DNA of 64,000 nt. It comes from Octopus bimaculoides (Eukaryota). Made by a program: the position numbers and the translations under genes. This document shows positions 51,491 through 64,000 of this stretch, in pieces. Where the stretch lies: NCBI RefSeq assembly GCF_001194135.2, contig NC_068994.1:8671448-8735447 (forward strand). Reading direction: 5' to 3'. The notes beneath the pieces were generated by a model. That model saw nothing but the letters and a program-made list of their open reading frames with translations. It had not been told where the DNA came from and did not search any database. Each line of letters opens with the position of its first letter. The first letter of the stretch is position 1.

Positions 51491-54134
51491 TGAGAAATAA
51501 AATTTATTTCTGTATCTTACAATACATCTCAACGCTTCTAAAAAAGAACAAACTTTGTTTACTTTCATCGTAAAGTTGTTGAATTTAACGTTAGCGTCTT
51601 ATGAAGCTTAATTTATAAGTTCTAAAATTGCAGAAGGATTCGTTCCTGGGCAGTTTAGTTTAANNNNNNNNNNNNNNNNNNNNNNNNNNNNNNNNNNNNN
51701 NNNNNNNNNNNNNNNNNNNNNNNNNNNNNNNNNNNNNNNNNNNNNNNNNNNNNNNNNNNNNNNNNNNNNNNNNNNNNNNNNNNNNNNNNNNNNNNNNNNN
51801 NNNNNNNNNNNNNNNNNNNNNNNNNNNNNNNNNNNNNNNNNNNNNNNNNNNNNNNNNNNNNNNNNNNNNNNNNNNNNNNNNNNNNNNNNNNNNNNNNNNN
51901 NNNNNNNNNNNNNNNNNNNNNNNNNNNNNNNNNNNNNNNNNNNNNNNNNNNNNNNNNNNNNNNNNNNNNNNNNNNNNNNNNNNNNNNNNNNNNNNNNNNN
52001 NNNNNNNNNNNNNNNNNNNNNNNNNNNNNNNNNNNNNNNNNNNNNNNNNNNNNNNNNNNNNNNNNNNNNNNNNNNNNNNNNNNNNNNNNNNNNNNNNNNN
52101 NNNNNNNNNNNNNNNNNNNNNNNNNNNNNNNNNNNNNNNNNNNNNNNNNNNNNNNNNNNNNNNNNNNNNNNNNNNNNNNNNNNNNNNNNNNNNNNNNNNN
52201 NNNNNNNNNNNNNNNNNNNNNNNNNNNNNNNNNNNNNNNNNNNNNNNNNNNNNNNNNNNNNNNNNNNNNNNNNNNNNNNNNNNNNNNNNNNNNNNNNNNN
52301 NNNNNNNNNNNNNNNNNNNNNNNNNNNNNNNNNNNNNNNNNNNNNNNNNNNNNNNNNNNNNNNNNNNNNNNNNNNNNNNNNNNNNNNNNNNNNNNNNNNA
52401 TATATATATATATATATGTATACATACACTTAAAGCAATTCATACATACATAGGTACATACATACCTGTATATATACATACCTACCTACATATATAACTG
52501 CATATATGCAAACATACGTACTTACATACATACATACATACATACATGCCTATATACCCACCTACATACATGCATGCATATACCTACCTACCTACATACA
52601 TGCATATACCTTCCTACCTACATACATACATGCATATATATATATGCATAGATACATACACACATGAATATATACATACATGATACATACATACATACGT
52701 GCACACATAGACGAAGCTCTCTAACTCCAATGTTTGTTTGAAAGGGTACGAGTTATCATCAAACTGCACACACATGTACACACTTTCACACGCACTAACC
52801 TGAGTGTAAGTCTATTTTATGTCCACACACACATAAGCACACAAGCACACATACACAAACGCACATACTCTCACACACATACTCGCATACACACGCATAC
52901 ACACACACAAAAACATTCATAGACACACAAATTTCGATAGCACATAAATAGCAATCTTGCACATGTGTGGTGATTTGTTTGAACAATTACACAATATATT
53001 AAGTTTTATATTGTCATAAGAGTATCGTGGTCGCCATTTTGTCTGAAAAGTTGTCATATCCTTGTGATATGTTACTTCGAGGTCGCATGTCACAGTTTTG
53101 TTTACTGAGTTATTATTGCGAAAGTAATTTTGTATCTGTAAGTTCAGACGAGTATACCTCAGAATATACTTATTTGAGTAAGTGTGTGTATTAAGTATGA
53201 ATGAAATACCTTATGTATGTATGTATGTATGTATGTATGTATGTATGTGTGTCTTTCTGTTTGTCTGTCTATCTGTGTATATATATATATANNNNNNNNN
53301 NNNNNNNNNNNNNNNNNNNNNNNNNNNNNNNNNNNNNNNNNNNNNNNNNNNNNNNNNNNNNNNNNNNNNNNNNNNNNNNNNNNNNNNNNNNNNNNNNNNN
53401 NNNNNNNNNNNNNNNNNNNNNNNNNNNNNNNNNNNNNNNNNNNNNNNNNNNNNNNNNNNNNNNNNNNNNNNNNNNNNNNNNNNNNNNNNNNNNNNNNNNN
53501 NNNNNNNNNNNNNNNNNNNNNNNNNNNNNNNNNNNNNNNNNNNNNNNNNNNNNNNNNNNNNNNNNNNNNNNNNNNNNNNNNNNNNNNNNNNNNNNNNNNN
53601 NNNNNNNNNNNNNNNNNNNNNNNNNNNNNNNNNNNNNNNNNNNNNNNNNNNNNNNNNNNNNNNNNNNNNNNNNNNNNNNNNNNNNNNNNNNNNNNNNNNN
53701 NNNNNNNNNNNNNNNNNNNNNNNNNNNNNNNNNNNNNNNNNNNNNNNNNNNNNNNNNNNNNNNNNNNNNNNNNNNNNNNNNNNNNNNNNNNNNNNNNNNN
53801 NNNNNNNNNNNNNNNNNNNNNNNNNNNNNNNNNNNNNNNNNNNNNNNNNNNNNNNNNNNNNNNNNNNNNNNNNNNNNNNNNNNNNNNNNNNNNNNNNNNN
53901 NNNNNNNNNNNNNNNNNNNNNNNNNNNNNNNNNNNNNNNNNNNNNNNNNNNNNNNNNNNNNNNNNNNNNNNNNNNNNNNNNNNNNNNNNNNNNNNNNNNN
54001 NNNNNNNNNNNNNNNATTGTAACTTTACCTATAAAATTTACAATATTCGTAAATAAATGGCCAAAAAATTACAGAATTTAAAAAACATTTTATGCAAACT
54101 AAAAAGAATGTCAAAATCACTTATGATAAGAAAT

Positions 54135-54202
54135 ATAATAATAATAATGATAATAATAATAATAATAATTATTATTATTATTATTATCATTATTATTATT
54201 AT
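54135..54202. repeat. Perfect 68-bp AT-rich palindrome, (AAT)n/(ATT)n
   Basis: Base-by-base pairing about centre 54168/54169, including the mirrored interruption G54149/C54188. Confidence 0.9.
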
Positions 54203-54203
54203 C

Positions 54204-54500
54204 GTTTTCCGAATCACCTTCACTCGCACTAGACTCGTGCACACTCTCACTTGTAGATGCGATCGCCGATTCACAAGCACTCGTAGGCGGATTTGTAGAT
54301 TTCTTTTTAAAAAATATGTTTTAGAGTTGTTTGCTTAGAAGAAGCTTTTTTGTTCTTTTTTGCTCCCCATAGATGTTTGGGTAACACATAGAATCATTTG
54401 CTATGGTAGTAGAAATTTTTGCACTGCGTTCTGCAACTGGATCTTGTACTTGACGAAGAAAAGTCGTAAACCCATGTCTTGTGAAGCGGATCCTCGTAAA
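54204..54500 (-). mobile_element. Tigger/pogo transposase C-terminal remnant
   Basis: Minus-strand QDPVAERSAKISTTIANDSMCYPNIYGEQK...SKQTTLKH.FFKK matches the Tigger C-terminal pattern DPN.ER..KV...IQ....CY..IY.EKK....QT.LD.FF.K. Confidence 0.75.
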
Positions 54501-55571
54501 GTGAGGTATAACTGATTATATATATATATATATATTCAGTAAGCTGTAAAATAAGATAGCTCTATGCCTCTGCTATGAGTTAGTTATTGCTTTTATAATT
54601 GTAGAAAAGAAACTTATACATAAAATTATGTGGTCGAAGAGACATCGGAGATTCTTCATGNNNNNNNNNNNNNNNNNNNNNNNNNNNNNNNNNNNNNNNN
54701 NNNNNNNNNNNNNNNNNNNNNNNNNNNNNNNNNNNNNNNNNNNNNNNNNNNNNNNNNNNNNNNNNNNNNNNNNNNNNNNNNNNNNNNNNNNNNNNNNNNN
54801 NNNNNNNNNNNNNNNNNNNNNNNNNNNNNNNNNNNNNNNNNNNNNNNNNNNNNNNNNNNNNNNNNNNNNNNNNNNNNNNNNNNNNNNNNNNNNNNNNNNN
54901 NNNNNNNNNNNNNNNNNNNNNNNNNNNNNNNNNNNNNNNNNNNNNNNNNNNNNNNNNNNNNNNNNNNNNNNNNNNNNNNNNNNNNNNNNNNNNNNNNNNN
55001 NNNNNNNNNNNNNNNNNNNNNNNNNNNNNNNNNNNNNNNNNNNNNNNNNNNNNNNNNNNNNNNNNNNNNNNNNNNNNNNNNNNNNNNNNNNNNNNNNNNN
55101 NNNNNNNNNNNNNNNNNNNNNNNNNNNNNNNNNNNNNNNNNNNNNNNNNNNNNNNNNNNNNNNNNNNNNNNNNNNNNNNNNNNNNNNNNNNNNNNNNNNN
55201 NNNNNNNNNNNNNNNNNNNNNNNNNNNNNNNNNNNNNNNNNNNNNNNNNNNNNNNNNNNNNNNNNNNNNNNNNNNNNNNNNNNNNNNNNNNNNNNNNNNN
55301 NNNNNNNNNNNNNNNNNNNNNNNNNNNNNNNNNNNNNNNNNNNNNNNNNNNNNNNNNNNNNNNNNNNNNNNNNNNNNNNNNNNNNNNNNNNNNNNNNNNN
55401 NGAGTATGTGTATGTGTAAATGTATATTTATATGTGTGAATGTATAGGGTATGTATTCTATGTGTATGAAATCAAGAAATCAGTATAGGCTGACACACTG
55501 CCAACGAATAGATATCAATGATGCTTTGTAATGCTATTAAATCCGGGAGGCATATCAAAAAATATACATGG

Positions 55572-55607
<36 letters not shown>

Positions 55608-56284
55608 ATAAACGAAAAGTGAAAAATTCATATAAATAAACATCGTTTTCTCTCTCTCTCCAGAATTAACCAGCGCAAAGCGCCGGGAGGCTATTTTGCT
55701 GCTGATAATTGGTTACAGAAGAGAGCGAAGATAGTAATAACAGCGTTTGAAAAAAAAAAGACAGAACGTGTGAAGAAAATGGAGGTTTAGAATGACTGCG
55801 AGAGAGAGAAAGAGAGAGAGAGAGGGAGAGAGAGGGAGAGAAAGAGAGCTGCATAAAAAAATACTGAGAAATGGCTATATAGAGGAATAATGGGAGCGTA
55901 GAGTGTTGAAAAAGATGGAGGGTGTGAACGAAATTCATGTATGACTGTATATACATATATACATATATATGAATATATGGCTGTATATATTCATAGTGTG
56001 TGTATATGCATGAATATCTATCTATATATGTATATATATGTTTGTGTGTGTGTATATAAACGTGTTTGTATGTATGTATATATGTGTGCATTTAGGGCAA
56101 AGTAGTGTGTATAACTGAGAAAGTTAAGGGACACGCGCTAAAATAATGGGGTAAAATAAAATTGGGGGCACGTGAAGGGCAGCGTAGAGGTACACAAGTC
56201 ATTTTTCGAGGAAAGAGGTCGAAATTATAGATAGTATTAGATTTTCATTCGCAGTCACACCCCACAGACACACACACGCACATG

Positions 56285-56326
<42 letters not shown>

Positions 56327-57402
56327 CACACATTTACACACACACACGTATATAGATATGTGTATTCGTCAGTGCTTGTAAGCGTGAGGGCATGTGTTGG
56401 AATTATAGAGCTGTTATATTTCTGATGCTCTGCTGAACTATATCGGACCCCACACATATACACAAACACATACATTTGTATATACGTACGTATGTCTGTG
56501 TATTCATGTACAAAGACATGCTGGAAGTCAACATGTGACCGAGTAAGGCCATTTCCCATATTCATCAAGTCCACACAACTGTTCTATGACTCAAAGAGTT
56601 TATATAGATATACATACATATATACATGTACATGATTATGTAATACCGCAGAGTATCGAAAGTTTGCGCAGGAAATCAGATATGAAAAAGGAGCGTTCAA
56701 TAGGCCTGTATATATGTGCGATTCTGCATGAGGTCGTATGTATTACAAAGTAGATAATTATTTCTTCATAGCATTTGGCAGGATTGGAATGAATTTTGAA
56801 TTCGAAATTAAGGAAATGAAATTAAGGAAATGGTACATAATATGGACATATCTAACTGTTTTTGCTGGGTGTGTTTACTTATTACAAAGTTCTCAAGAGA
56901 TTTCTATTCGTTGGTTATCATTTATAGAACAGATCATTAGAAGTTCATAAATAGAGAGATGACAGATAAAACTCTTAATGTTTCCATACGAAAAAAACAA
57001 AAACAACAAACAAACCGCTTCCAGGTATTCTAAATGTGAAAATGTGTTATAGTGTCAATGGTTTCAGTTTTTTTTAACTGGAAACATATTCAAAAGCCGT
57101 TTCCGACATTTACTTTGAGGAATTGACTATAGTGTTCCGTTCATATTTCATAGAAATAGCCATTTGATACGTAGCCATCTATACATGAAACTGACGCCTT
57201 CACATTATTAACAGCAATGAGATCTAATACAGAATGGTATCTAATACGGCAACTACCATAACTTTGTAAGTACTGGCGTCATATGACAATCAGAGATGAT
57301 GCTCCAGCATGGTCTAAATAAAGAATCACAAAAGCAATTACCAAATATAAGCATATGATATTTGGTGCGTGTGCATGCGTGTTTATATATATATACGCTT
57401 AC

Positions 57403-57630
57403 TCTTTTACTCGTTTCCGTCATTTGACTCTGGCCATGCCGGAGCACCGCTTTTAGTCAAGCAAATCGACCCCAAGACTCATTCTTTGATAGCCTAGTAC
57501 TTATTCCATCGGTCTCTTTTGCCGAACCACTGGGTTACGTGGATGTAAACGCACCAACATCGGTTGCCAAGCGATGTTGGGGGGGGGGACAAACACAGAC
57601 ACACACACATATACACACATACATATATAT
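57403..57630 (-). mobile_element. Family D SINE 3' half; its internal microsatellite opens into an assembly gap
   Basis: CTCTTTTACTCGTTTCCGTCATTTGACTCTGGCCATGCCGGAGCACCGC...CAAGCGATGTTGGGGGGGGGACAAACACAG is the reverse complement of the 39212-39522 family. Confidence 0.9.
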
Positions 57631-59954
57631 NNNNNNNNNNNNNNNNNNNNNNNNNNNNNNNNNNNNNNNNNNNNNNNNNNNNNNNNNNNNNNNNNNNNNN
57701 NNNNNNNNNNNNNNNNNNNNNNNNNNNNNNNNNNNNNNNNNNNNNNNNNNNNNNNNNNNNNNNNNNNNNNNNNNNNNNNNNNNNNNNNNNNNNNNNNNNN
57801 NNGTAAGCAAGCTATTTACTACACAGCCACTACTGCGCCTGTTTACACATGTTTACACTATATTTTCAATGTATATACTACGTCGATTTGTGCATCGGAG
57901 AATATGGCATATGAAATATCAAAATTTTAGAAATCACACTTACGGTTAGTAAAAAGAAAAGTTTAGGTAATTAATTTTGAAAAAAAAAAAAAGTAAAGAA
58001 AGGAAAAATATTTGGCAGTCATATTACTTTAGTGCCAGGAAGAACACGAAACCATGTTAAGATATATGAAATCAATTCTATCCTCAAATACGCAAACGTA
58101 CCTTGAGAAATAGTGAGGTAGATGGGAAAATGAGTGAGAGTGAGAGAGACAGAGAGTTGGAGCGACATAGTGTGTGTTGGTGGGTGTCATATAGCCGAAT
58201 AAAATGGATGAAAGAAAAATCAGTATGTTATAAAAATGATTACAAACGAAAATAGGTTTCTTTGTTTATTAAAGATGAAAAAGAACATGAGACGTAACAT
58301 CAGTGCTTAGTTATGCACATGCATATGCACACACACACACACAGACACTCACGCAAATGTACGCACAGACATGCGCAGTCACACACACACACATACATGT
58401 ATACATACAGTCACACATAAATTCATGCTTACATACGTAGAAAATAAAATCTCAATCAAAGAAGAGTTGACGCTCCGTTCTTCATGTCAGATACACGGCC
58501 CGATTCTTTTCTCCAATAAACTGAGCCCTTACGAAGGCATCAAATAGCCAAAAAAATGGAGGTAAACTAGGCATGAAAATCTGTATTGGCTACGAAGTTT
58601 ATTTGATATAATGGCATTAAAATCCGCACTAAATATTGCAAGACGTTGTTACACAAAATAATCCCTTCACCTACCGTAGAGTTAAGTTTGACCTTTGGTA
58701 CGGTGAAAGGTTTTAGCATACGGAATAGTTTCGACTTTTGCTCTACTGAATGAGGGTTGATCTTGGGTTAGGCATCACCACTATCACTGTAACTAGCAAC
58801 ACAACCGCATCGTTAAGCCTTTACAATAACAAGAATCGCAACATGCAGATTTGAGGCCATTGTTTCCTCACATTGTTTCCTCGAATATTAAATGCTATAC
58901 GTATGTCGTTAAAAAGATAATGATGGGATATGGGAGTTAGCTTCGAAAATAATGTGTATCGTTAACAATTAGTGAATGAAATAGAAACAATGGGAGACAT
59001 TCGATATTTTATCGAGTTATGAGGTGTGGAAAGTATAAGATTATAATCACATGTCTGATTCTAATTTAGTATTTTGTTGAAACGGTAGTTATAGCTTGGT
59101 AACGAATACATTGTCCAAACTGAATAAGAAGTCGAAAATAATTTTTATTGTTGCTGCCTTGCATAAAGAATACACGTTGCGGTAGAGACAGAGAAATGTA
59201 ATGAACTCGAAGAGACCAGCAGCGTTTTTCTTTATGACATAATCCAACGAGATTTATGGTATTTACACACCGCATGAAAATAACAGATTTTTAACTCGCA
59301 TATCGTAAATGCATTAAGACACGCACTCTCCACCAATAACTAAGTTGCCCACATGAGAATCATTCATAAGTTCCATACATCATTGCTAATAGAAATCCGC
59401 TTAAAATGATATGATATTGGTAAATAAAGCTATCAAACGCGTGTCAATTTCGTAACATATGTTGCTTTTCGGAGATTTCTGTACACATTATGGATTTAGA
59501 TATTTATGGAAGAAATTTTATGATTTTCTTATCATGTAATATTTATACGTGCTTACAGATATTTCGAAGTAGATATGGGTAAATAGTGCTTCCACAGAAG
59601 TTTTTTTTACAACGTAGTAACAAGAGATTCAATACAAAAATAACAAAATCGCTATGCTACCATGAACGTTTGGATGCAGCCCCGGTGTGCTGCACCTTGG
59701 GCAAGAGTCTTCTCTTCTACCAGACTAATGACTTCTCTTTTACCAGACCAATGAATCTATCTATCTATCTATCTATCTGTCTGTCTCTCTGTCTATCTAT
59801 CTATCTATCTTCACACACACACATACACACATAGTAGAATAAGAAAAATAAATTTCTTGGTAAAGTATTATATATTCTTCTGATGCCCTCTTTAATATGA
59901 AAATATACTGTACCTATTAGTAACTGATTCTTGTATATATCGGCTCTCCTAACC

Positions 59955-60110
59955 ATTTAGACCCTCTGATGAAGCCTAGAAGCACACTCAACATCCAAGC
60001 TCTATCTACCCATCCCTACAGAAGACTGAAGAGATGGAACTAGCATGGAGGATATCGTGGCCTCTTGGCAGAAACAGCCGTAAGGAACTGATCTTTTAAT
60101 CTTTTACTCT
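59955..60110 (+). mobile_element. Possible second Penelope-type terminal fragment with degenerate hammerhead cores
   Basis: CTGATGA (59966), CTGAAGA (60026) and GAAACAGCCGTA (60071); pairing only partial. Confidence 0.3.
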
Positions 60111-60486
60111 TTTATGTGAAACTATTATTACTATTCCGTTTATATATTTGTGTAGCACACAAATATATGGTCGTAATAATAATAATAATATTTATACATA
60201 AAAGTTGAACGCATATGTGGCCTACTAAAAGATGCATACATTCATATTCATTTATACATACACACGTAGGTACGTAATACATATGTAATGTATGTATGTC
60301 ATTATACAGTTATATTTCAATATTTCTTGTCAATAGAGAAAAAGCTGGTTTCTAACCTAGATCTAAGGTCTCTTCATTGGAATTTTCATGTATGTATGTT
60401 TGCATGTATGTATGTATGTATGTATGTATGTATGTATGGCTGTATATATGTATGTATGTATGTGTGTATGTATGTATTAGCCTACT

Positions 60487-60521
<35 letters not shown>

Positions 60522-61032
60522 GTATACATTCATGAGTGTGTGCTGTACCTGACCATGTGTGAGTGCATTTAAGAGAGAGGAAGAGGAGAGAAAGGTTGAA
60601 GTAAAAAGAAAAGAGGATGAATGGAAAATAAGTTGTGAGATAAAGTTAAGGGAAAATAAATGAAATAAAAACAGAAGGAAAAACGTGTAAGAGATAGAAC
60701 GATAGCAACATAGAGATATTTTGATGAGAACGATGAAAATAACAGAGAATGAGTGAGAAAGAGAGGGAGAGACAGAGACAGAAGGATGGACAGACTGACA
60801 GAGAGAGACGTAGAGAGAGAGAGAGAGAGATAGACAGAGAGGAAAATATGAGAAGCTGGGAGAAAGAGGAAAAAAACTGCGAAGATGGTGAGGGAGAGAG
60901 TGTAAGGTAAAGTAAATGAGCGAATTTTTTTACATTGTTTGTGACAAATTTCTCGAAATGAAACAACATATAACGACAGACACACACATTACACAGTCAC
61001 ACACGCATAGGCAGACGCGTACCAATACAAAC

Positions 61033-61082
<50 letters not shown>

Positions 61083-61194
61083 CACGCATAAGCACGTACT
61101 CACTCACACATAAGCACGTACTCACATACACTCTTCAGAACATATGCTTTTTAATGAAATGCGTTATATATTTTTTTATATTTTATTTTATATT

Positions 61195-61195
61195 G

Positions 61196-61255
<60 letters not shown>

Positions 61256-61258
61256 TAT
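61195..61258. repeat. (TAT)n microsatellite
   Basis: About 20 units; source of the poly-Y ORF artefact. Confidence 0.95.
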
Positions 61259-61654
61259 TAATATTTTTTGTATCAAAGTTCGAAACACAGCCGAAACTTC
61301 ACCGAAAGTTGCGAATCAACACGAACAACAACAACAATAACAACGTCTCACACTCCTCCTCTTGCGACTCTTCTCATGTATCATCATCATCAACAACAAC
61401 AACAAAAACAATACTACTAATATTACCACTGATATTACTACTAAGGGCGGGGATGAGTATGATGGTGATGATGCTGATGCTGATGATGCTTAAGGTCATG
61501 TTCGTCATGACATCGCTAAAGATATTTTTGCCAGCTTTGAGATCAAAGAACGAATAATATGATATTTAAATAAAAAATGGAATCATCAATCACCGTGTGC
61601 AAAACAAAGAGGAAATCCTCACACATACACACGTTGACACGCACATACACACTG

Positions 61655-61686
<32 letters not shown>

Positions 61687-61801
61687 TTTGATAGATATTT
61701 ATATATATATATATATTTATATTTATATTCACATGTCTTAGTAATACCGACATAAAAAATCCAGTGTGTGTCTATATGTAAATATATATATATATATGTG
61801 T

Positions 61802-61838
<37 letters not shown>

Positions 61839-61993
61839 TATGTATGTATGTATGTATGTATGTATGTATGTATGTATGTATGTATGTATGTGTGTGTGTA
61901 TGTATATGTATATATGTATGGATATATACAGAGAGGGAGGGATGGAGGGAGAAATACGCACCGGTATACAGTGTTATCTAGCTAGCTAGACAG

Positions 61994-62045
<52 letters not shown>

Positions 62046-62380
62046 GTTGATAGATAGATTGATAGCTAGATAGTTAGGAAGATAGATAGATAAATAGATA
62101 AATAGAGGGTTAGATAAAGAGGTTAGATAGGCAGATACATGGATAGAAAGATACATGTATAGAAAGATATAGAAACAGATACACACAAACGCACATATAT
62201 ACAAAGGTAGATGAATAGATTTGTTGGTAACTAAATAGTAGAATAGATCTATGCATTGAGACATATATATATATATATATATATATATAGCCAAGTTTTA
62301 GAACAATAAATATCAAAAAATGTCAAAGGTGTAGAAAATTAAGTACGATAACAAATATACGTACATACAAACGTACACAC

Positions 62381-62441
<61 letters not shown>

Positions 62442-63208
62442 NNNNNNNNNNNNNNNNNNNNNNNNNNNNNNNNNNNNNNNNNNNNNNNNNNNNNNNNNNN
62501 NNNNNNNNNNNNNNNNNNNNNNNNNNNNNNNNNNNNNNNNNNNNNNNNNNNNNNNNNNNNNNNNNNNNNNNNNNNNNNNNNNNNNNNNNNNNNNNNNNNN
62601 NNNNNNNNNNNNNNNNNNNNNNNNNNNNNNNNNNNNNNNNNNNNNNNNNNNNNNNNNNNNNNNNNNNNNNNNNNNNNNNNNNNNNNNNNNNNNNNNNNNN
62701 NNNNNNNNNNNNNNNNNNNNNNNNNNNNNNNNNNNNNNNNNNNNNNNNNNNNNNNNNNNNNNNNNNNNNNNNNNNNNNNNNNNNNNNNNNNNNNNNNNNN
62801 NNNNNNNNNNNNNNNNNNNNNNNNNNNNNNNNNNNNNNNNNNNNNNNNNNNNNNNNNNNNNNNNNNNNNNNNNNNNNNNNNNNNNNNNNNNNNNNNNNNN
62901 NNNNNNNNNNNNNNNNNNNNNNNNNNNNNNNNNNNNNNNNNNNNNNNNNNNNNNNNNNNNNNNNNNNNNNNNNNNNNNNNNNNNNNNNNNNNNNNNNNNN
63001 NNNNNNNNNNNNNNNNNNNNNNNNNNNNNNNNNNNNNNNNNNNNNNNNNNNNNNNNNNNNNNNNNNNNNNNNNNNNNNNNNNNNNNNNNNNNNNNNNNNN
63101 NNNNNNNNNNNNNNNNNNNNNNNNNNNNNNNNNNNNNNNNNNNNNNNNNNNNNNNNNNNNNNNNNNNNNNNNNNNNNNNNNNNNNNNNNNNNNNNNAAAC
63201 GTACACAC

Positions 63209-63260
<52 letters not shown>

Positions 63261-63952
63261 GGGCTGCAGCAATATATTTGAAAATAAGAGAGAGCCGCTG
63301 AAGGAGACGGAAACAGGAAACTCAGTGTAGCCACGGTGTCGGGGGTAGATAGTCTCTCTGCTCTCGTTACACGAGTTAACTGCACACATTTTATGCATAT
63401 TAAGTTCATTTTCTCGCAACTTTGAAAATGAAAGCATACATATATATGCGTGTGTGTGCTTGTGTGTGTGAGTGTATGTGTGTCTCCGCGCGTTTGCTTT
63501 TGTGGGCACGCACTTATATATGCATTTAACAATGCGCTCAAAGGTATGCACATCATATTGTAAATGACCATATAGATAAATATTAATATTCAAATGAATA
63601 AGATAATATCTATTTATTTCTCGTGAACTGTAGGGAGATGCATACATTTCAGTTCTTTATACTTCCGTATTACGATAGAAATTTGCATTGCCATATAAAA
63701 GGTGTTGGTAGACTAATGTTTAGCGAATAATTCACATGAAAAACTGTAGATTTTTATCTTCAGTGAACACGGAAAAATTAAAGCTTTTGTATTGTGACTC
63801 GAATGCACTACACGGCGGATACGTACAAATGACTGCGAACTTCCTAATAACTACGTTTCTTTAGTTTGTCACACGTTGCAACTAGCTGATGAATGTGTTC
63901 ATTCACACGAAACTTCAAAGTCAGGAGAATTTTATTCAATTTATTTGTTAAG

Positions 63953-64000
63953 CGCAGTCTTAGTTGTGTGGTAAGAAACTATCTTCCCAACCACATTGTT
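63953..64000 (+). mobile_element. SINE family D head cut by the window edge
   Basis: CGCAGTCTTAGTTGTGTGGTAAGAAACTATCTTCCCAACCACAT. Confidence 0.6.

Noticed and set aside
54378-54506. Plus-strand exon-like segment with a strong acceptor and open frame (DVWVTHRIICYGSRNFCTAFCNW...)
   Set aside because: It is the antisense strand of a Tigger/pogo transposase remnant, which explains the open frame.

Overview
AT-rich, repeat-dense eukaryotic non-coding DNA. About 25 assembly gaps mostly open at (TA)n or (TG)n microsatellites. The SINE families, microsatellite load and transposon remnants fit an octopus (cephalopod) genome; this is an inference from sequence style, not a database result. No intact protein-coding gene can be named, and almost all ORF-track entries are microsatellite or N artefacts. 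What can be supported: (1) dozens of tRNA-derived SINEs from at least three families, including a recurrent dimeric form; (2) decayed DNA transposons (mariner, maT/DD37D, Tigger/pogo, Chapaev3-like) and three MITE-like inverted-repeat elements; (3) LINE remnants (R4/Dong-like RLE, RTE-like, CR1/L2-like); (4) a Penelope-type terminal fragment with a minimal hammerhead ribozyme; (5) tRNA pseudogenes. There are also signs of a minus-strand host transcript: a candidate first coding exon at 35946-35858 and, about 11 kb downstream, a textbook recursive-splice-like site (branch point, pyrimidine tract, AG|GTAAGT) followed by an 80-nt exon with stops in all frames. That site is the most interesting signal in the window.
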